Shown here piece after piece: positions 11,757 through 23,006 of a DNA stretch of 54,726 nucleotides; position 1 is the stretch's first letter, and every line of letters starts with the position of its first letter. The DNA is from Craspedostauros australis. Lineage: Eukaryota. The DNA lies in NCBI GenBank assembly GCA_030167865.1, contig JALAGF010001124.1:1-54726 (forward strand), written 5' to 3'. The notes under the pieces were generated by a model that worked only from the letters and a program-made list of their open reading frames with translations, did no database searches and had not been told where the DNA came from. The translations under genes and the position numbers were made by a program.

Positions 11757-12317
11757 TCACCCAAACAACCCCCAATCTTGCACTCTGAGCGAGTTGGCGA
11801 TACGCTGAGCACCCTCGGAAAGATTCGGTCCTTCCGATGATGGCTCGTTGGGATTTGCGATCGGCGTTGACACAGTGACGAGAAGATCTGTTTCCACGCT
11901 CGCCAGCCGGAAGACCACCAAATCGATCCGCACCCACTTGATCTCCTGCTCGCGCCGGTTGCCAGCGATGTCAACATCGCGTCCCATTGCGATCTTCTGA
12001 AAGCCCAAACCTGCGCAGATCCTGCTCTCGCGTGGCGGCGAGGACAGGGTCAGCGGTATGGCAGTGAAGGTCACGTCGGTGGATCCGTTGGACTCGGCCA
12101 AGTCCTGAAAGAAGAACTTGGATGCCTCGGCATCTCCAACCTCCTGCTTCTCCAGGATTTCAACCACCAGCAACGACCCGTCGATCTCCTGCCAGCATTC
12201 CTGATGATCTGGAACCTGCCGAATGTCCGACACGTCCTTCCATGCTGACGGGATGTCGCAGGATATGGCACCACCGAACAGAGGCCTCGACGCCCATCCT
12301 GCTGCGGCGGTGGCCAT
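11757..12317 (-). CDS. MOG1: Ran guanine nucleotide release factor Mog1
   Basis: RPLFGGAISCDIP...DVSDIRQVPDHQE...SLLVVEILE...FFQDLAESN...VFRLASVETDLLVTV...SLRVQDWGLFG, the typical Mog1 pattern. ATG at 12317. Confidence 0.9.
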   Translation of the reverse strand: MATAAAGWASRPLFGGAISCDIPSAWKDVSDIRQVPDHQECWQEIDGSLLVVEILEKQEVGDAEASKFFFQDLAESNGSTDVTFTAIPLTLSSPPRESRICAGLGFQKIAMGRDVDIAGNRREQEIKWVRIDLVVFRLASVETDLLVTVSTPIANPNEPSSEGPNLSEGAQRIANSLRVQDWGLFG

Positions 12318-12453
12318 GATCGTCAAGGCAGGCCTTGCCTAAGATGATGGTGAGAGTGCCTCGGGGGATGGCAGCTGCGCTGGTGCTGGCGCTGGTGCCG
12401 ACGGATTGTGGGAGATGAAGTGTGGCTGGACGATGGTGCGATGTGCAGCTGCA

Positions 12454-12635
12454 TCTCACGTGTCTCCATCCGTCTCTGCGCGCATTGGTATCTCCACATG
12501 TTCCCCCTTGGCTGGATGGCGCGGGTTTGCAGACATGGAGGTCTGTGTCTCACGTGTCTCCATCCGTCTGTGCGCATTGGTATCTCAACATGTTTCCCCC
12601 TTGGCTGAATGGCGCGGGTTTGCAGACATGGAGGT
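12454..12635. repeat. Two-copy tandem direct repeat (period ~94 bp) in a divergent intergenic region
   Basis: tctcacgtgtctccatccgtct...cattggtatctc.acatgtt.cccccttggctg.atggcgcgggtttgcagacatggaggt at 12454-12542 and 12548-12635, with few differences. Confidence 0.95.
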
Positions 12636-13129
12636 GCAAAGAAAGGCAGAGCACATCACAACCTGTCACAGACTGCAATTCGCTTGTCCGAACGTGGGGA
12701 CTTCTGGCGAACGAACCAACCTGCTTCGCATCGGCCACGCAGACAACAAAGCGACAAAAGAGAACTCGATTCCATCGGTTCTGCCGACGGACAGACACCA
12801 AAGAACAAACCCATCATCGGAAGATACCAACCAACAAGAACGATGATGTTCGCATCCGAAAGTCTCAACACGCACTGGGGTGGCGCGAGCAGAGGAGGGC
12901 TTGTCGCAGAAGGAAGGAGCAGCAGGCATCTCCCTCGATTCGACGAGAGAGATGCACGAGCTGAGGGAACACACATTCGCACATTCACAGCTGCTGGCCA
13001 ACAGCCATCGATTTCCTAGCCGACACAAACCCAGCCAAACAACAAGGAACAGACTCGATTTGTGGTTCGAGCAGCTTGGACAGGTAGCAACAGGAACAGC
13101 AACAACGGCTTCTATTGATGGGGCCCACC

Positions 13130-15700
13130 ATGAGATTTCTAACCCCATCCACCTCTGCTTTCGGCCTTCGTGGGCATCGTGAAGGACGGTACGCGGTGGG
13201 CCTTTTGCTCATGCTGGCCCATGCCGAAGTCAATTCCTTCGTTCTCATCTCACCATCATTGCGCACTGCACCGAACATGCTCAACCGCATCCTTCCTGCC
13301 GATGGTCCACCAACGCACAACACCCATCATGCCACCGCGAAATCCAGCGGCTGGGGCGTCGCCGACGATTGGGACGCGCTATCATCCGAGAATCCGGACA
13401 ACAAGGTGCAGGACTACGAGGTTCCTTTCGATAGCATTGCCGCTCACGCAGCACGTGAGATGGAACTGCAAAATCCCAACGCTTCCAATGAAATCGGAGA
13501 GGAAGATGGGTGGTTGACTTCCACGATCGACGAGATCCAAGCCCCTGTGATGCCCGATGACCCGCCCTTGTACGACACGGGCTTCGAATCCTACGTGACC
13601 TCCCAGTCCTTCATCGATGAAATGGGGAAGGAGATTTCCATGCTGGTCCGGTGCAACCAAAGTCCAGAACTCATGCTGATCGAAGGAGGCCGAGCGCTGC
13701 CAAAGCTAACCAAGGATGAACTCAACGATGTTGGACAACTCGTTGAATGCGACGGAGGGGACTGCCAAGCAACTGAGTTCCTGGCGTCCTCGGTGTCGGC
13801 CATGTTCCAGGAACATTCTGTGGAGCATGAAGCCACGGGCGAATCCATCCTGAACGCCGCTGGCGTCGCAGCATGGATGACCAAGGCTTTGCTCTCAGAG
13901 AAGAAGGGCAAGGTCGGCGCTCATGACAAGCGAGTGCTCTCCACTATTTCGAAATATGGTGTCTACGGAAGCGGATACATGCTTGAGCATCAGTTCCTGC
14001 AAATGTATCTTGAAACTGTTCTGGGCCATTCGAACGAATACCAGCACATCGCCAACATGGACGATGTCAGGCGACATGTGGAATTCCGAACTGACCTGGT
14101 CGAGGCCGTGTTCAGGGATATTCGAAATCACGGCATTCGAACCCCAACCCAAATCGAGCGCAGTCAAAGTGAAGCCGAGATGCGCACCACCTACGGCGCT
14201 GCCACCGCCGAAGAAACCAAGGAAAGATCTTCGGTGTATGACACCATGATGGATGAGTGCGAGATTCTGGACTGGGACAATCATCTGGAGGAGGCCAGAG
14301 AGGTCGCAAGTTCGGCTTCCAGCCAACGACTCGCCAGCGGAGCGAAAAGCAGCCACCGCCTGGTCCACAAGGTCCCAAATACGAATACACCAATCTACTT
14401 GAATGATGGGCAGTTCAGTGAGTTGATCGGGCGTTTGCATTGATGCTCGCACTCGAATTGGCACTGCATGCACAGCTTTCATCTTGTCGTTGGTCCTCGC
14501 TTCATTCTCTGCGCCGCATCGAGCCTCTTCGCTTGCTGCGGCCATGCCTTCTTGAGCCGCTGGCCTGCCCTGCCCGAAATCTACTAATCCACTCCGTTCG
14601 ACTCGTCTCGATTCAACTCCATTCTACCCCATTCTTTACTCAACGCTCTGCCTTTTAGTTTTCATTGACGAAGAATCATGTATTGGGTGCATGCAGGTAA
14701 GTACATGGCGTCTATCAATTAAATGTTGATGCGAAGACATGATGTGTGGGTGCTGGTGGAACAAGACTCCAGAAAAGACTTCTCCAAGGATGGTGCGAGA
14801 GTCTTCCAGAGCAGAGAGCTGGTCTATGTGGAGTGCACCTGTTGGTGGCATGGACGTGAAGCTACGCAACCATCGCAACCTCTTTCTTTCTCACGTCGCC
14901 AATTCTATCTGTACCGCATCTATCCATGCATTCATCTACTTTACTCTTTGCATCCAACCAACCAACCACACGTGCGCGCCTCCGCCTATCCCTCTCTCTT
15001 TGCTAGTGCGCGTCCGTCTCGCCAAATTCGTTCCTGATGCTCGAGAGCGGCAGAGCCCGGACGTTCCGCCAGCAGGCAACGCCGGACGTTGACCAAGCGA
15101 CTCAGAGCTGCCCAGTGAGTTGTATGCACCGCGTGAGCTACGACGAGCTGGTCGAGTTTGAAACAGCACGCGATGAAGGTGATGGAAGGTCCGATCATCG
15201 ACACCTGGGAAAGGCTCATATCCCCGTCCATGTCGCAATGCGTGATACTGACGCCAACCACCGCACCAGCTGGTACCATACCCTCAAACATCGATGTCTC
15301 AGTAAGTTGGTGAAATGCTTGCCTATGCCTGTGGGTGTCCGTGGTGTGTCGTGAAGTCACCATCTCCGTGATCAGATTGTGTTTGCGCGAAATGCAACAT
15401 CCGCACTCACCAGTTTTGAACCACACTTCTTCGGTTACTGCTACCGTGATGCCCGATGTATCCACATTGAACTCTTCCACCCTTTCACATTGCGAAATCA
15501 CATTATGTACGTTTACGCTGATGGCACGAATAGTGTCATCCAGCTGCCCACAGAAGGGTTGCTACGACTGTCCAAAGTACGAAAATCCGGGCGACAACCC
15601 ATTCTGGAAGCAGCGCAAACGAAAGAGCGACCACGTCAGAGCCCAGTACTTCATCGAGAATGGGCATGCTGACTTTGTGCGCAAGACTGCAGAATTGTGA
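13130..15700 (+). CDS. Probably plastid-targeted protein with degenerate EF-hand-like region and C-terminal 4Fe-4S ferredoxin-type domain, ~595 aa, 4 exons
   Basis: Exons 13130-14417, 14659-14696, 15007-15301, 15534-15700, phase-consistent (1788 nt). Splicing yields IFIDEESCIGCMQCASVSPNSF...ATQSCPVSCMHRV (CxxCxxC...CP). Leader ...LLLMLAHAEVNS|FVL resembles the diatom signal peptide plus ASAFAP-type cleavage. The start could alternatively be 13118. Confidence 0.85.
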
Positions 15701-15964
15701 GACCAAAGCTCCAGGGAACCCGGGTGCGGGTATCCGCGCTCCAGAGAGAAAGTCTGAAACGCCAGGCACGAGCTCAGCAGACGCACAGCCATAACCCTGA
15801 CCGACGAGCTGCACACCTACTAGTCGCATGTTGTTGAATTGGAGCGACTATTGCGTACTCATGTTATGTGTTCAAGATGAAAACTTCTGACTCATTCGTG
15901 GTATGTTGTGTTTAGAATTGAAGGATGCACAGTGACTGGCGGGTTGTGGAGACTTGGGCCCTCT

Positions 15965-16774
15965 TCAGCCCTCCATTGCCTTGTTTTCGTCGTCGTTTTG
16001 TGCTGCTTTGGGTACTGCCGCTGTTGCGGCGACTGCGTCCGTTACTTCTTCCTCCAATTCTGAGGCAATTGGCTTGGCGTCGAGTTCCACTTGGTCGGTG
16101 ACGGAAGGTGACCAATGACGAACATGCTCATTAGATGTGACCGGAATTTGGACGGACTTGAATGGTTGCTTGATCAGCCGGTCGGCCTTCAGCACAAGAA
16201 CCCCGTCGTTGAGGTTGGCTGTGATCGTGGCAGGATCCACATCGTCCAGGTCGACGGAATACTTCATCTTGCGTGTCTTGCTGGCCGCTGCGCCGCAGGT
16301 CTCGTCATTCGTTCCGGCGGATGAGAAGGGCTTTCGCACAGCCTCGATCATCACGCAATCGGACATGATCGTGACAGTGACATCGTCTGCGCGAACGCCT
16401 GGGAGGTCGAAGCTGACGAAGGCCTTACCGTTGCCTTCGTCAACGAATGACGATGGCGAACAGGAAGGCGTTGCCGCAACACGGCAACCAACGCGCGGGC
16501 GTCTTCCGTGATGGAACATCTTGTGGAAAAGCAGGCGGGAGATCATATCTGATTCGTCCCTCGCGTGCTTTCGAGATGCATGGCATGAAGCAAAGTGGGC
16601 ACCGCTGCTGCTGCCGCTGCTCACGTTGGCGCCAGCACCAGCGCCGGCACCAGCACCAGTATCTGCGGGAGATGCTGGCTTATCGGAATCACCGTCAAAC
16701 CAACTCGGGTGGTACCAGATATCGTCGATCTTGTACGGTTGCGCGGAACTGTGGTAGAACATTGTCTTGATCAT
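15965..16774 (-). CDS. Small heat-shock protein (HSP20/alpha-crystallin domain)
   Basis: FVSFDLPGVRADDVTVTI...VDPATITANLNDGVLVLKA followed by an IxI-like VQIPV motif. Confidence 0.88.
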   Translation of the reverse strand: MIKTMFYHSSAQPYKIDDIWYHPSWFDGDSDKPASPADTGAGAGAGAGANVSSGSSSGAHFASCHASRKHARDESDMISRLLFHKMFHHGRRPRVGCRVAATPSCSPSSFVDEGNGKAFVSFDLPGVRADDVTVTIMSDCVMIEAVRKPFSSAGTNDETCGAAASKTRKMKYSVDLDDVDPATITANLNDGVLVLKADRLIKQPFKSVQIPVTSNEHVRHWSPSVTDQVELDAKPIASELEEEVTDAVAATAAVPKAAQNDDENKAMEG

Positions 16775-17274
16775 GATGGAATGAGCTTTCGTTTCGAAGA
16801 TGTTATAGTTGCTGTTGTTGTTGACGCGTAGTGCTTGGGCGTGGCTTTTTAGAAGAAGCTTGTGTGATATATGAGAAGTGGAAGATGATGAGCACGAAGA
16901 TGGAGGTAGGTAGTGCGGATGTTGCGCATGAAGAGGTCGGAGGTGCTTCTCAGGGGAACGAGCTTCCTTTGTTTCAAGTCACCGATTCCATTCGATTCCA
17001 AAAGAAGTCCACCGAACTTTCGATGAACATCCTGGGCATTTTCAATCCCGTGATCGACCGATTCGAATCAAATCACGAATTGAAAGTGACTATTAATATA
17101 GTTTTATTAAATCCACCGCAACACCAACAATGTAGAGTGTCCGATTTCCCCACTTCCACAGATGTCACGATCCTTGATGTTCATGACAGATGATGTGCAA
17201 CAAAAATGAGATCTCTGCGTTGTCCACGACATTCCGATCACTCTCGCCAAACCACATCTGCTTCCTGGCCTCCA

Positions 17275-18897
17275 ATGGTGACCAGAAAGATCTTCGTCGA
17301 CGTCATCGTACCGGTGCACAATGCAGCAGATACGGTGGAACCGGCCGTCCGTTCTGCGATGCACCAATGCATGCCGAAGACGCTTGAATCCAGTTTCGAT
17401 GGGCATTCGATCCACGTCACGGTTTGCTGCTTCGATGATGGCTCCTGCGACGAGAGCTGGTCCGTGCTGAAACGATTGAAAGATGGATACCTGGAGCCTC
17501 GAAGTCCAACCAAGGATGATGATTCTGTCGCCATCCCATCAGATCTTTTGATAGGGAAGAGCAGCTGCAAGACGGGTCGGGGTGCTGGCTATGCAAGGAA
17601 TCAGGCCGTGCAACTCGGGGAGAGGCACAGGAAAGATTCTGGCGGCAGCTTGTGCACAGAGGAAAGTGCCCTCGTCTTTCTATGCCTTCTGGATAGCGAT
17701 GATGTGATGCACCCAAATCGGATTGCGGAGCAAGTATCGTGCTTGCTTAGCATGGACGACGAACAGCGACATCGGACGATTCTGGGTTGCAACTTCGATC
17801 GGGATCCGCCAGATTCGACTTGGCACTACGCGAAGTGGGCTAACGACTTGACAGACGAACGGATCATGCTGGAACGCTTTCGAGAAGTCACGATCCTGCA
17901 GCCCACATGGATGCTGTGCCACTCGCGATGGAAGCAGCTCGGTGGGTACATTGAAGCACCGCCGTGCGGTGACCAAATCAAAACGACGGGTGAGAACGAC
18001 AATAATCGCAATGCGGAAGAATCGACCGCTGAATCAGCAACCGATCCGCACCCGACGCAACGCAAGTCTACCTCATCCCACGTGTCACTGCAGCAACGAT
18101 TGATCCACCCCACTATCGACACGCCCCAGAGTTTGAAGCTGGCAGAAGACTTGCGATTTTATCACGAGCATCTGTTGGCGGATGGAGTTTGCAAGATTCA
18201 CAAAACGGAGATGCCTTTGGTGACGTATCGCCACACGGGAACATCTCAGAGCTTCCGCACCTCCCGCAAATTGCTGCTCGCCCTGCGTGTGCTAGCATTC
18301 GAACGGGCCGTGCTGCGGCGCGATTCCGTCTGGCAGCAATGCGGTGGATCGTTTGTGATCTGGGGAGCTGGACGGGATGGGAAGGACGTGTACAAAGCGC
18401 TGAGTGCAGAATCGCAACAACGTGTGTACTGCTTCGTCGATGTGGACGAGAAGAAGATCAATGAGGGTTACTACGTCAATCGCGCAGTCGGTGCGAAGGT
18501 CCCCATCGTCCACTTTTCGTTGATCAGCCGCGATGCAGCCATGTGCCAGCAACTGCGAGAAACATGGGAATCGGGATGTGACGACAATGCCATTTTTGGG
18601 AAAGTGAACAAAGGCAAGCCTGCCGCCGTTCTTCCCGTTTCTGATGAAAAGGGGGGCTGCGACATGAAGAGGCCAGCATCAACGCCAACGCCAACAGCGG
18701 CCAATGGAGGTAACAAGGGACCGCCGAAAAAGAAGCGCAAGACGCACACGACAAGACCATCCGACATCGACCTATCGCTGCTTCCCCGGCTGCCCGTTCT
18801 CGTTTGCGTTGCGATGTACCGGACGAATGGGGCGTTGGAAAAGAATGTACGAAACGTTGGCAGAATTGAAGGCAAGGATCTGTATCATTTCAGCTAG
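17275..18897 (+). CDS. B3GNTL1: GT2 glycosyltransferase, B3GNTL1/QTGAL (queuosine-tRNA galactosyltransferase)-like
   Basis: VIVPVHNA, DDGS, GAGYARNQAV, LCLLDSDDVMHPNR, RDPPDSTWHYAKWAN, QPTW, EDLRFYHEHL, FVIWGAGRDGK, FVDVDEKKI and C-terminal EGKDLYHFS follow the B3GNTL1 motif order as I recall it. Likely ATG 17275; the ORF is open from 17206. Confidence 0.8.
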   Translation: MVTRKIFVDVIVPVHNAADTVEPAVRSAMHQCMPKTLESSFDGHSIHVTVCCFDDGSCDESWSVLKRLKDGYLEPRSPTKDDDSVAIPSDLLIGKSSCKTGRGAGYARNQAVQLGERHRKDSGGSLCTEESALVFLCLLDSDDVMHPNRIAEQVSCLLSMDDEQRHRTILGCNFDRDPPDSTWHYAKWANDLTDERIMLERFREVTILQPTWMLCHSRWKQLGGYIEAPPCGDQIKTTGENDNNRNAEESTAESATDPHPTQRKSTSSHVSLQQRLIHPTIDTPQSLKLAEDLRFYHEHLLADGVCKIHKTEMPLVTYRHTGTSQSFRTSRKLLLALRVLAFERAVLRRDSVWQQCGGSFVIWGAGRDGKDVYKALSAESQQRVYCFVDVDEKKINEGYYVNRAVGAKVPIVHFSLISRDAAMCQQLRETWESGCDDNAIFGKVNKGKPAAVLPVSDEKGGCDMKRPASTPTPTAANGGNKGPPKKKRKTHTTRPSDIDLSLLPRLPVLVCVAMYRTNGALEKNVRNVGRIEGKDLYHFS

Positions 18898-19152
18898 AGA
18901 GTACTCTATCATGGTACGAGTACGAGTAGAGGATTCGTGGAGAGAACCAAGTACATGCTCATGGTGCCGCAGTACTCAGGGTAGTCGCGGGGATGGATCA
19001 GGAAGCAAGCAAGTATAGAGAACTGTCGATGGAAGTCACATGGTTGAACATAACACTCTGTGGACAAGTTGGAGAATGACAATACCATCATTGGCGTCTA
19101 TTGAAATTGTATTGCTTACGCGTATTGCGTGCGGTCTTTCTGGTATTTACAT

Positions 19153-22100
19153 TCACATGATCTCATCCGCCAACAATCTCTCCAATGGCGCTGCAAAGAA
19201 GGGCGCAAGCACGCCTGGACTGTCGCTGCCATCGAAGTCGATCTCCTTGTGTTTGCGGCGCAACCGGCAATGATATGCGCCTTGTTTGTTGTTCTTGCAC
19301 TTGGTGCATGGTTTAATCCCTGCGTGAGCCGCGAATGCCTTGGAGACGTCTGGATAGTACTCACCATTCAACCCCTTGAAGGTAAATCCGTGATTGCCGG
19401 TGCGGCTGGCGTGCACTGCCGCACGCATGATCCTTTGTTTCAGGTGGAGAGCATCCTTGCCACCGAGATCGATGATTTTGCGTAGTTGGCTCGATGTGGC
19501 CGTCGGAGCTTCGCCCTTGAACTTAGCACCCTTGACAGAAGTCTTCGGCTTTGCTTTTTCTGGCTTCTTGTTGCTGCTCGTCGTGGAGGATGACGACTTC
19601 TTCGCGGTGGAGGACTTGCTTGTGGTTGAATTTCCGCTTTTTTGCTTGCTAGATGTCGACGATGACGATGGTGTTCGTGACGTTGATGCTGAAGATGCCG
19701 TCTTATCTGGCTTAGCGATGCTCGCCGAGGATGCCGCAGTGAAGATGTGGCTGGAAATAGTGCTGCCACCTGCGGTGGACGTCGCCAACCCAGATCCGGA
19801 ACCAAGTCCGGCAACGCCAGGCGCATTTGCGCCGTAGAATTGGGGATCGATGATTGAATTGGAGTGAAGACCGAAGTAGCGACCCTGCGTGAGGTGGAAA
19901 CACGATTTGTCAAGGTGCGACACGTACTTCTCCTTTCCTTTCACCAAGTACAGCGGTTTTTGGTCTTCGAAGTCATCCAACTTCAGACCCTCGCACTCCT
20001 GCAACAACGGTGGATCGGGAGGCTTTGGTATGGGCGGTATCTTGATCGATGGTTTCGGAGGAATGTTCGGCTCTCCATCTGTCTTTGGTGGCGCTTCGTT
20101 GAGCTCATGCTCGATTTCAAGTCTCTCCTCTTCCTCCTGGTAGTCAACGATGGCCTTTTCCCTGTTGGAATCGAGGTTTGCAAATGAGCAAGAATAAATC
20201 GAAGACGAACGGAGAAATGAAGTTAGAGTAGAATCGTAGATCGGAATGCATCATTGCCGTCACACCAAGAGCTTGTCACTAGTTTGATGCCAATGTTCAC
20301 CTGGCCACCAGTCAGGTCCGTCAAACTGTGGTATTGGGGTCTGATTCATGTCGGTATAGGAACGCGTGGCATGCAGCAAAAACAAGCAGACAGCAACCAC
20401 GTACCTTGCTTCCACCTGGTTGATGTACTCCGATCTCTTCTTAATGTACTGCTCGGGGTACGAAATGTTCAATGACACAGGAATCATGTCCACGAACCGC
20501 ATGAAGGGTCGACCTTGTATCGTGCACGTGTGTTGGTTGCCGTTCTTGTTGCTATTCTGGCCTTCTCCGTCGTCTGACATAGCGCCGGTTGCCGTGGAGT
20601 CTAGCCGGTTGATCAAGTGTCGCAGCAAGGATATCTGTTGTGTAGGATCTTTGCCGCTGTCCTTGGGTTTGCCAGCGCCATTCTCCTTTGGCTCATCTTT
20701 GCTGTTGCTGCTGTCGCTGCTGCCGACCTGATCGGTTGAGTTATTCTCGCTGTTGTTGGCGGTCTTCGCGTGCGGGTCCACGGTCGCTAGGAGCAACTCC
20801 GTTGGGATGAGAGCCGAAGGTTGCAGCACGGTTTTCACATCCGTGTCGAACAAGTCCCCAACCTGGCGCTGCGTGCTGGAACCCCGATGCGGTGCGTTGG
20901 TTCTGGACTCGCGTGTGTATCCTGCCGTCTTCATGGCGTGATCGAACAGCGCCGATGGCTTGGACAGGCCATTCGAATCAACTGCCCCTCGGAACATCCC
21001 GGCAGATGTTGGCACCAACAGACCGGGTGATGATATGGCCGGCAGGGTCACAGTCTTGAACTGGCTGCTGGCTGGCAGCTTCCGCCGCGTGGATGATGGA
21101 GAGCTTTTGGGTGCCTTCGCGCTTCCTGCGAACTTTGGCATGGAGGTCGTGTACGGCGTTGATACCTGTCGAGCTCCGGATGGCAAAAGGGCTGACTTGC
21201 CCTTCTTGCTGCCATGAGTAGCACCAGCTTCGTGTTGGCCGTTGGCCCCCTCGGTCGACCCGTTCAATTTGTGTTTGTCGGGCGTTGGCTTGCTTTGCGT
21301 TGGCTTTCTTGGCGGTGTCTTGGTGGTGGTGGTGGCAGGAGCTGGAGAATCTTTCGCCGTCTTCTTCTTGAGCGGCAGATGAAGCTTCCTCCGCAACGCG
21401 GACGATGACACCACAGCATCCTCCTGCTTGTTGTCGGCCGCAGACTTGACCTTGAGCGTGGGCGCAACTTGGGCCGCCATGGATGATAGAGTGGGGCCCT
21501 TGGTGCCATTCTTCTTCGAAGGCAGGCCCATCTTGCGCCGCAGCGGAAGCGACATCTTGAGGCGTTTTCGAGCGGGAGACATGGGGAGTTTTGCAACTTT
21601 CCTGGTCTTGTTCTTCGTGCCGCTCATGTTGCTGTTCTTGGTGGGAGTGCTGTTGGCTGTGTTGGTTGTATTGGTTGTGTTGGCGCCGCCGCTCTTGCTC
21701 TTGTGGCCGGCTTCTGCGCGACGGATGGTGATCTTCATCTTGCGCTGTGTCGTATTGCCGTTGCCGTTGCTAGTGTTGCTGTGGTTACTGCTGCCTCCCA
21801 TGGCCTCCCCTGATGCAGGAGCCTCCATCCGCACAGTGCTGCCAACGCCGTTGATCGCGCCGTGTGCAGGTTTTTCGTCGTATTCGTCGCCCAAAGTACT
21901 GTCGGTATCATTCCCGTCACTTACCCCAGTCGCGTGATTGTGCCTTGAAGCAGACGATGGTCCTGGTGGTCCTGATGGTGGTGGTGGTGGTGGTGGCGAT
22001 TTGTCGGGTATCCTTGTGTGCGAGACTGGTGCAGCTCTGGACTGCGCGACAGACATCCGTGGTTGGGATGCGGCGCTGCGGACGGGGTCATCGTCATGGT

Positions 22101-22416
22101 CGTCGTGACCGTCATGGTCCATGGGGACGGCAGTGTCAAAGTCGGCCGCTGCGGCAGCGCTACTCGTGCTACCACCATTGTCGCTATCACGGTCATCAGC
22201 ATCACCAGCAACACCGCCATCAGCATCAGCATCACCACCATGCATAGTGTCAGCATCAACAGGGACAGGAGATGATGGAACTGGAACCAAGGCGCGGTGA
22301 TGCAAGGCTTCGCCGAACTCATTCTCCTGCGTGCTGTCGCTGCTGTTGGACGTGTCATCATCGTCGCTGTCGCTGTCCTGCGCCATCAGGAGACTTGCCT
22401 GTTCGGGAGTCGCCAT
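19153..22416 (-). CDS. Low-complexity, Lys/Ser-rich hypothetical (probably nuclear) protein with C-terminal Cys/His motif, ~1006 aa, 2 exons
   Basis: Exons 22416-20405 and 20161-19153 (AG|gtacgt ... aacag|G, phase 2). Acidic N-terminus, basic NLS-like runs, C-terminal KPCTKCKNNKQGAYHCRLRRKH. Confidence 0.75.
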
Positions 22417-23006
22417 GGTGCTGTCACCGCCGATCCGTGGCCATGTGTCAGTAGGTAGGACGCGTTCGGCGCTCCACGACGCTCAGTGCGTTCTCGTCGT
22501 GCTGCGGCTGCCGCTCGCGCCGCGAATCCTCCTTGCGTCATTGCGTCTCCTTCTCTCTGCGTTATTCGCACCAGTTACCACTCGCCGTACACACACTACG
22601 ACCGACGGCCCGTAGAAAACGACCCGCGGTCCCGTCACCATGGTGGGACGCACACTTCGATCCTGCCGCCAAAAACCGAAACACAAACCAAATTTTTGTT
22701 TCCATCGTGTTCGTACGTTGGACGGACGGACGAGCACATGTCCGTTGAGTCGATTTGGTCGGTTCTGAAACAACACGATGCGAGACTGGGAACTTGCGAA
22801 ACGTCCACGATCCTCTCTTCGTGTTTCACCATTTCTGGCGCGCAAACCAACAACGTTGCTATGGAGGCCCATGCTGGCAGAGTTGAGCGCAGAGTGGTGC
22901 ATTTGGACGACTAGCAGCACGCATGTATGCATGGGCAATGATACTCGAAAGTCAACATTCTGCTATCAACGTACGTTACCCAATATGCTCTGCTCTAGAT
23001 CCGAGT

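Noticed and set aside
12454-12635. Possible CRISPR-like array
   Set aside because: Only two long units, no unique spacers, no cas genes, eukaryotic context.
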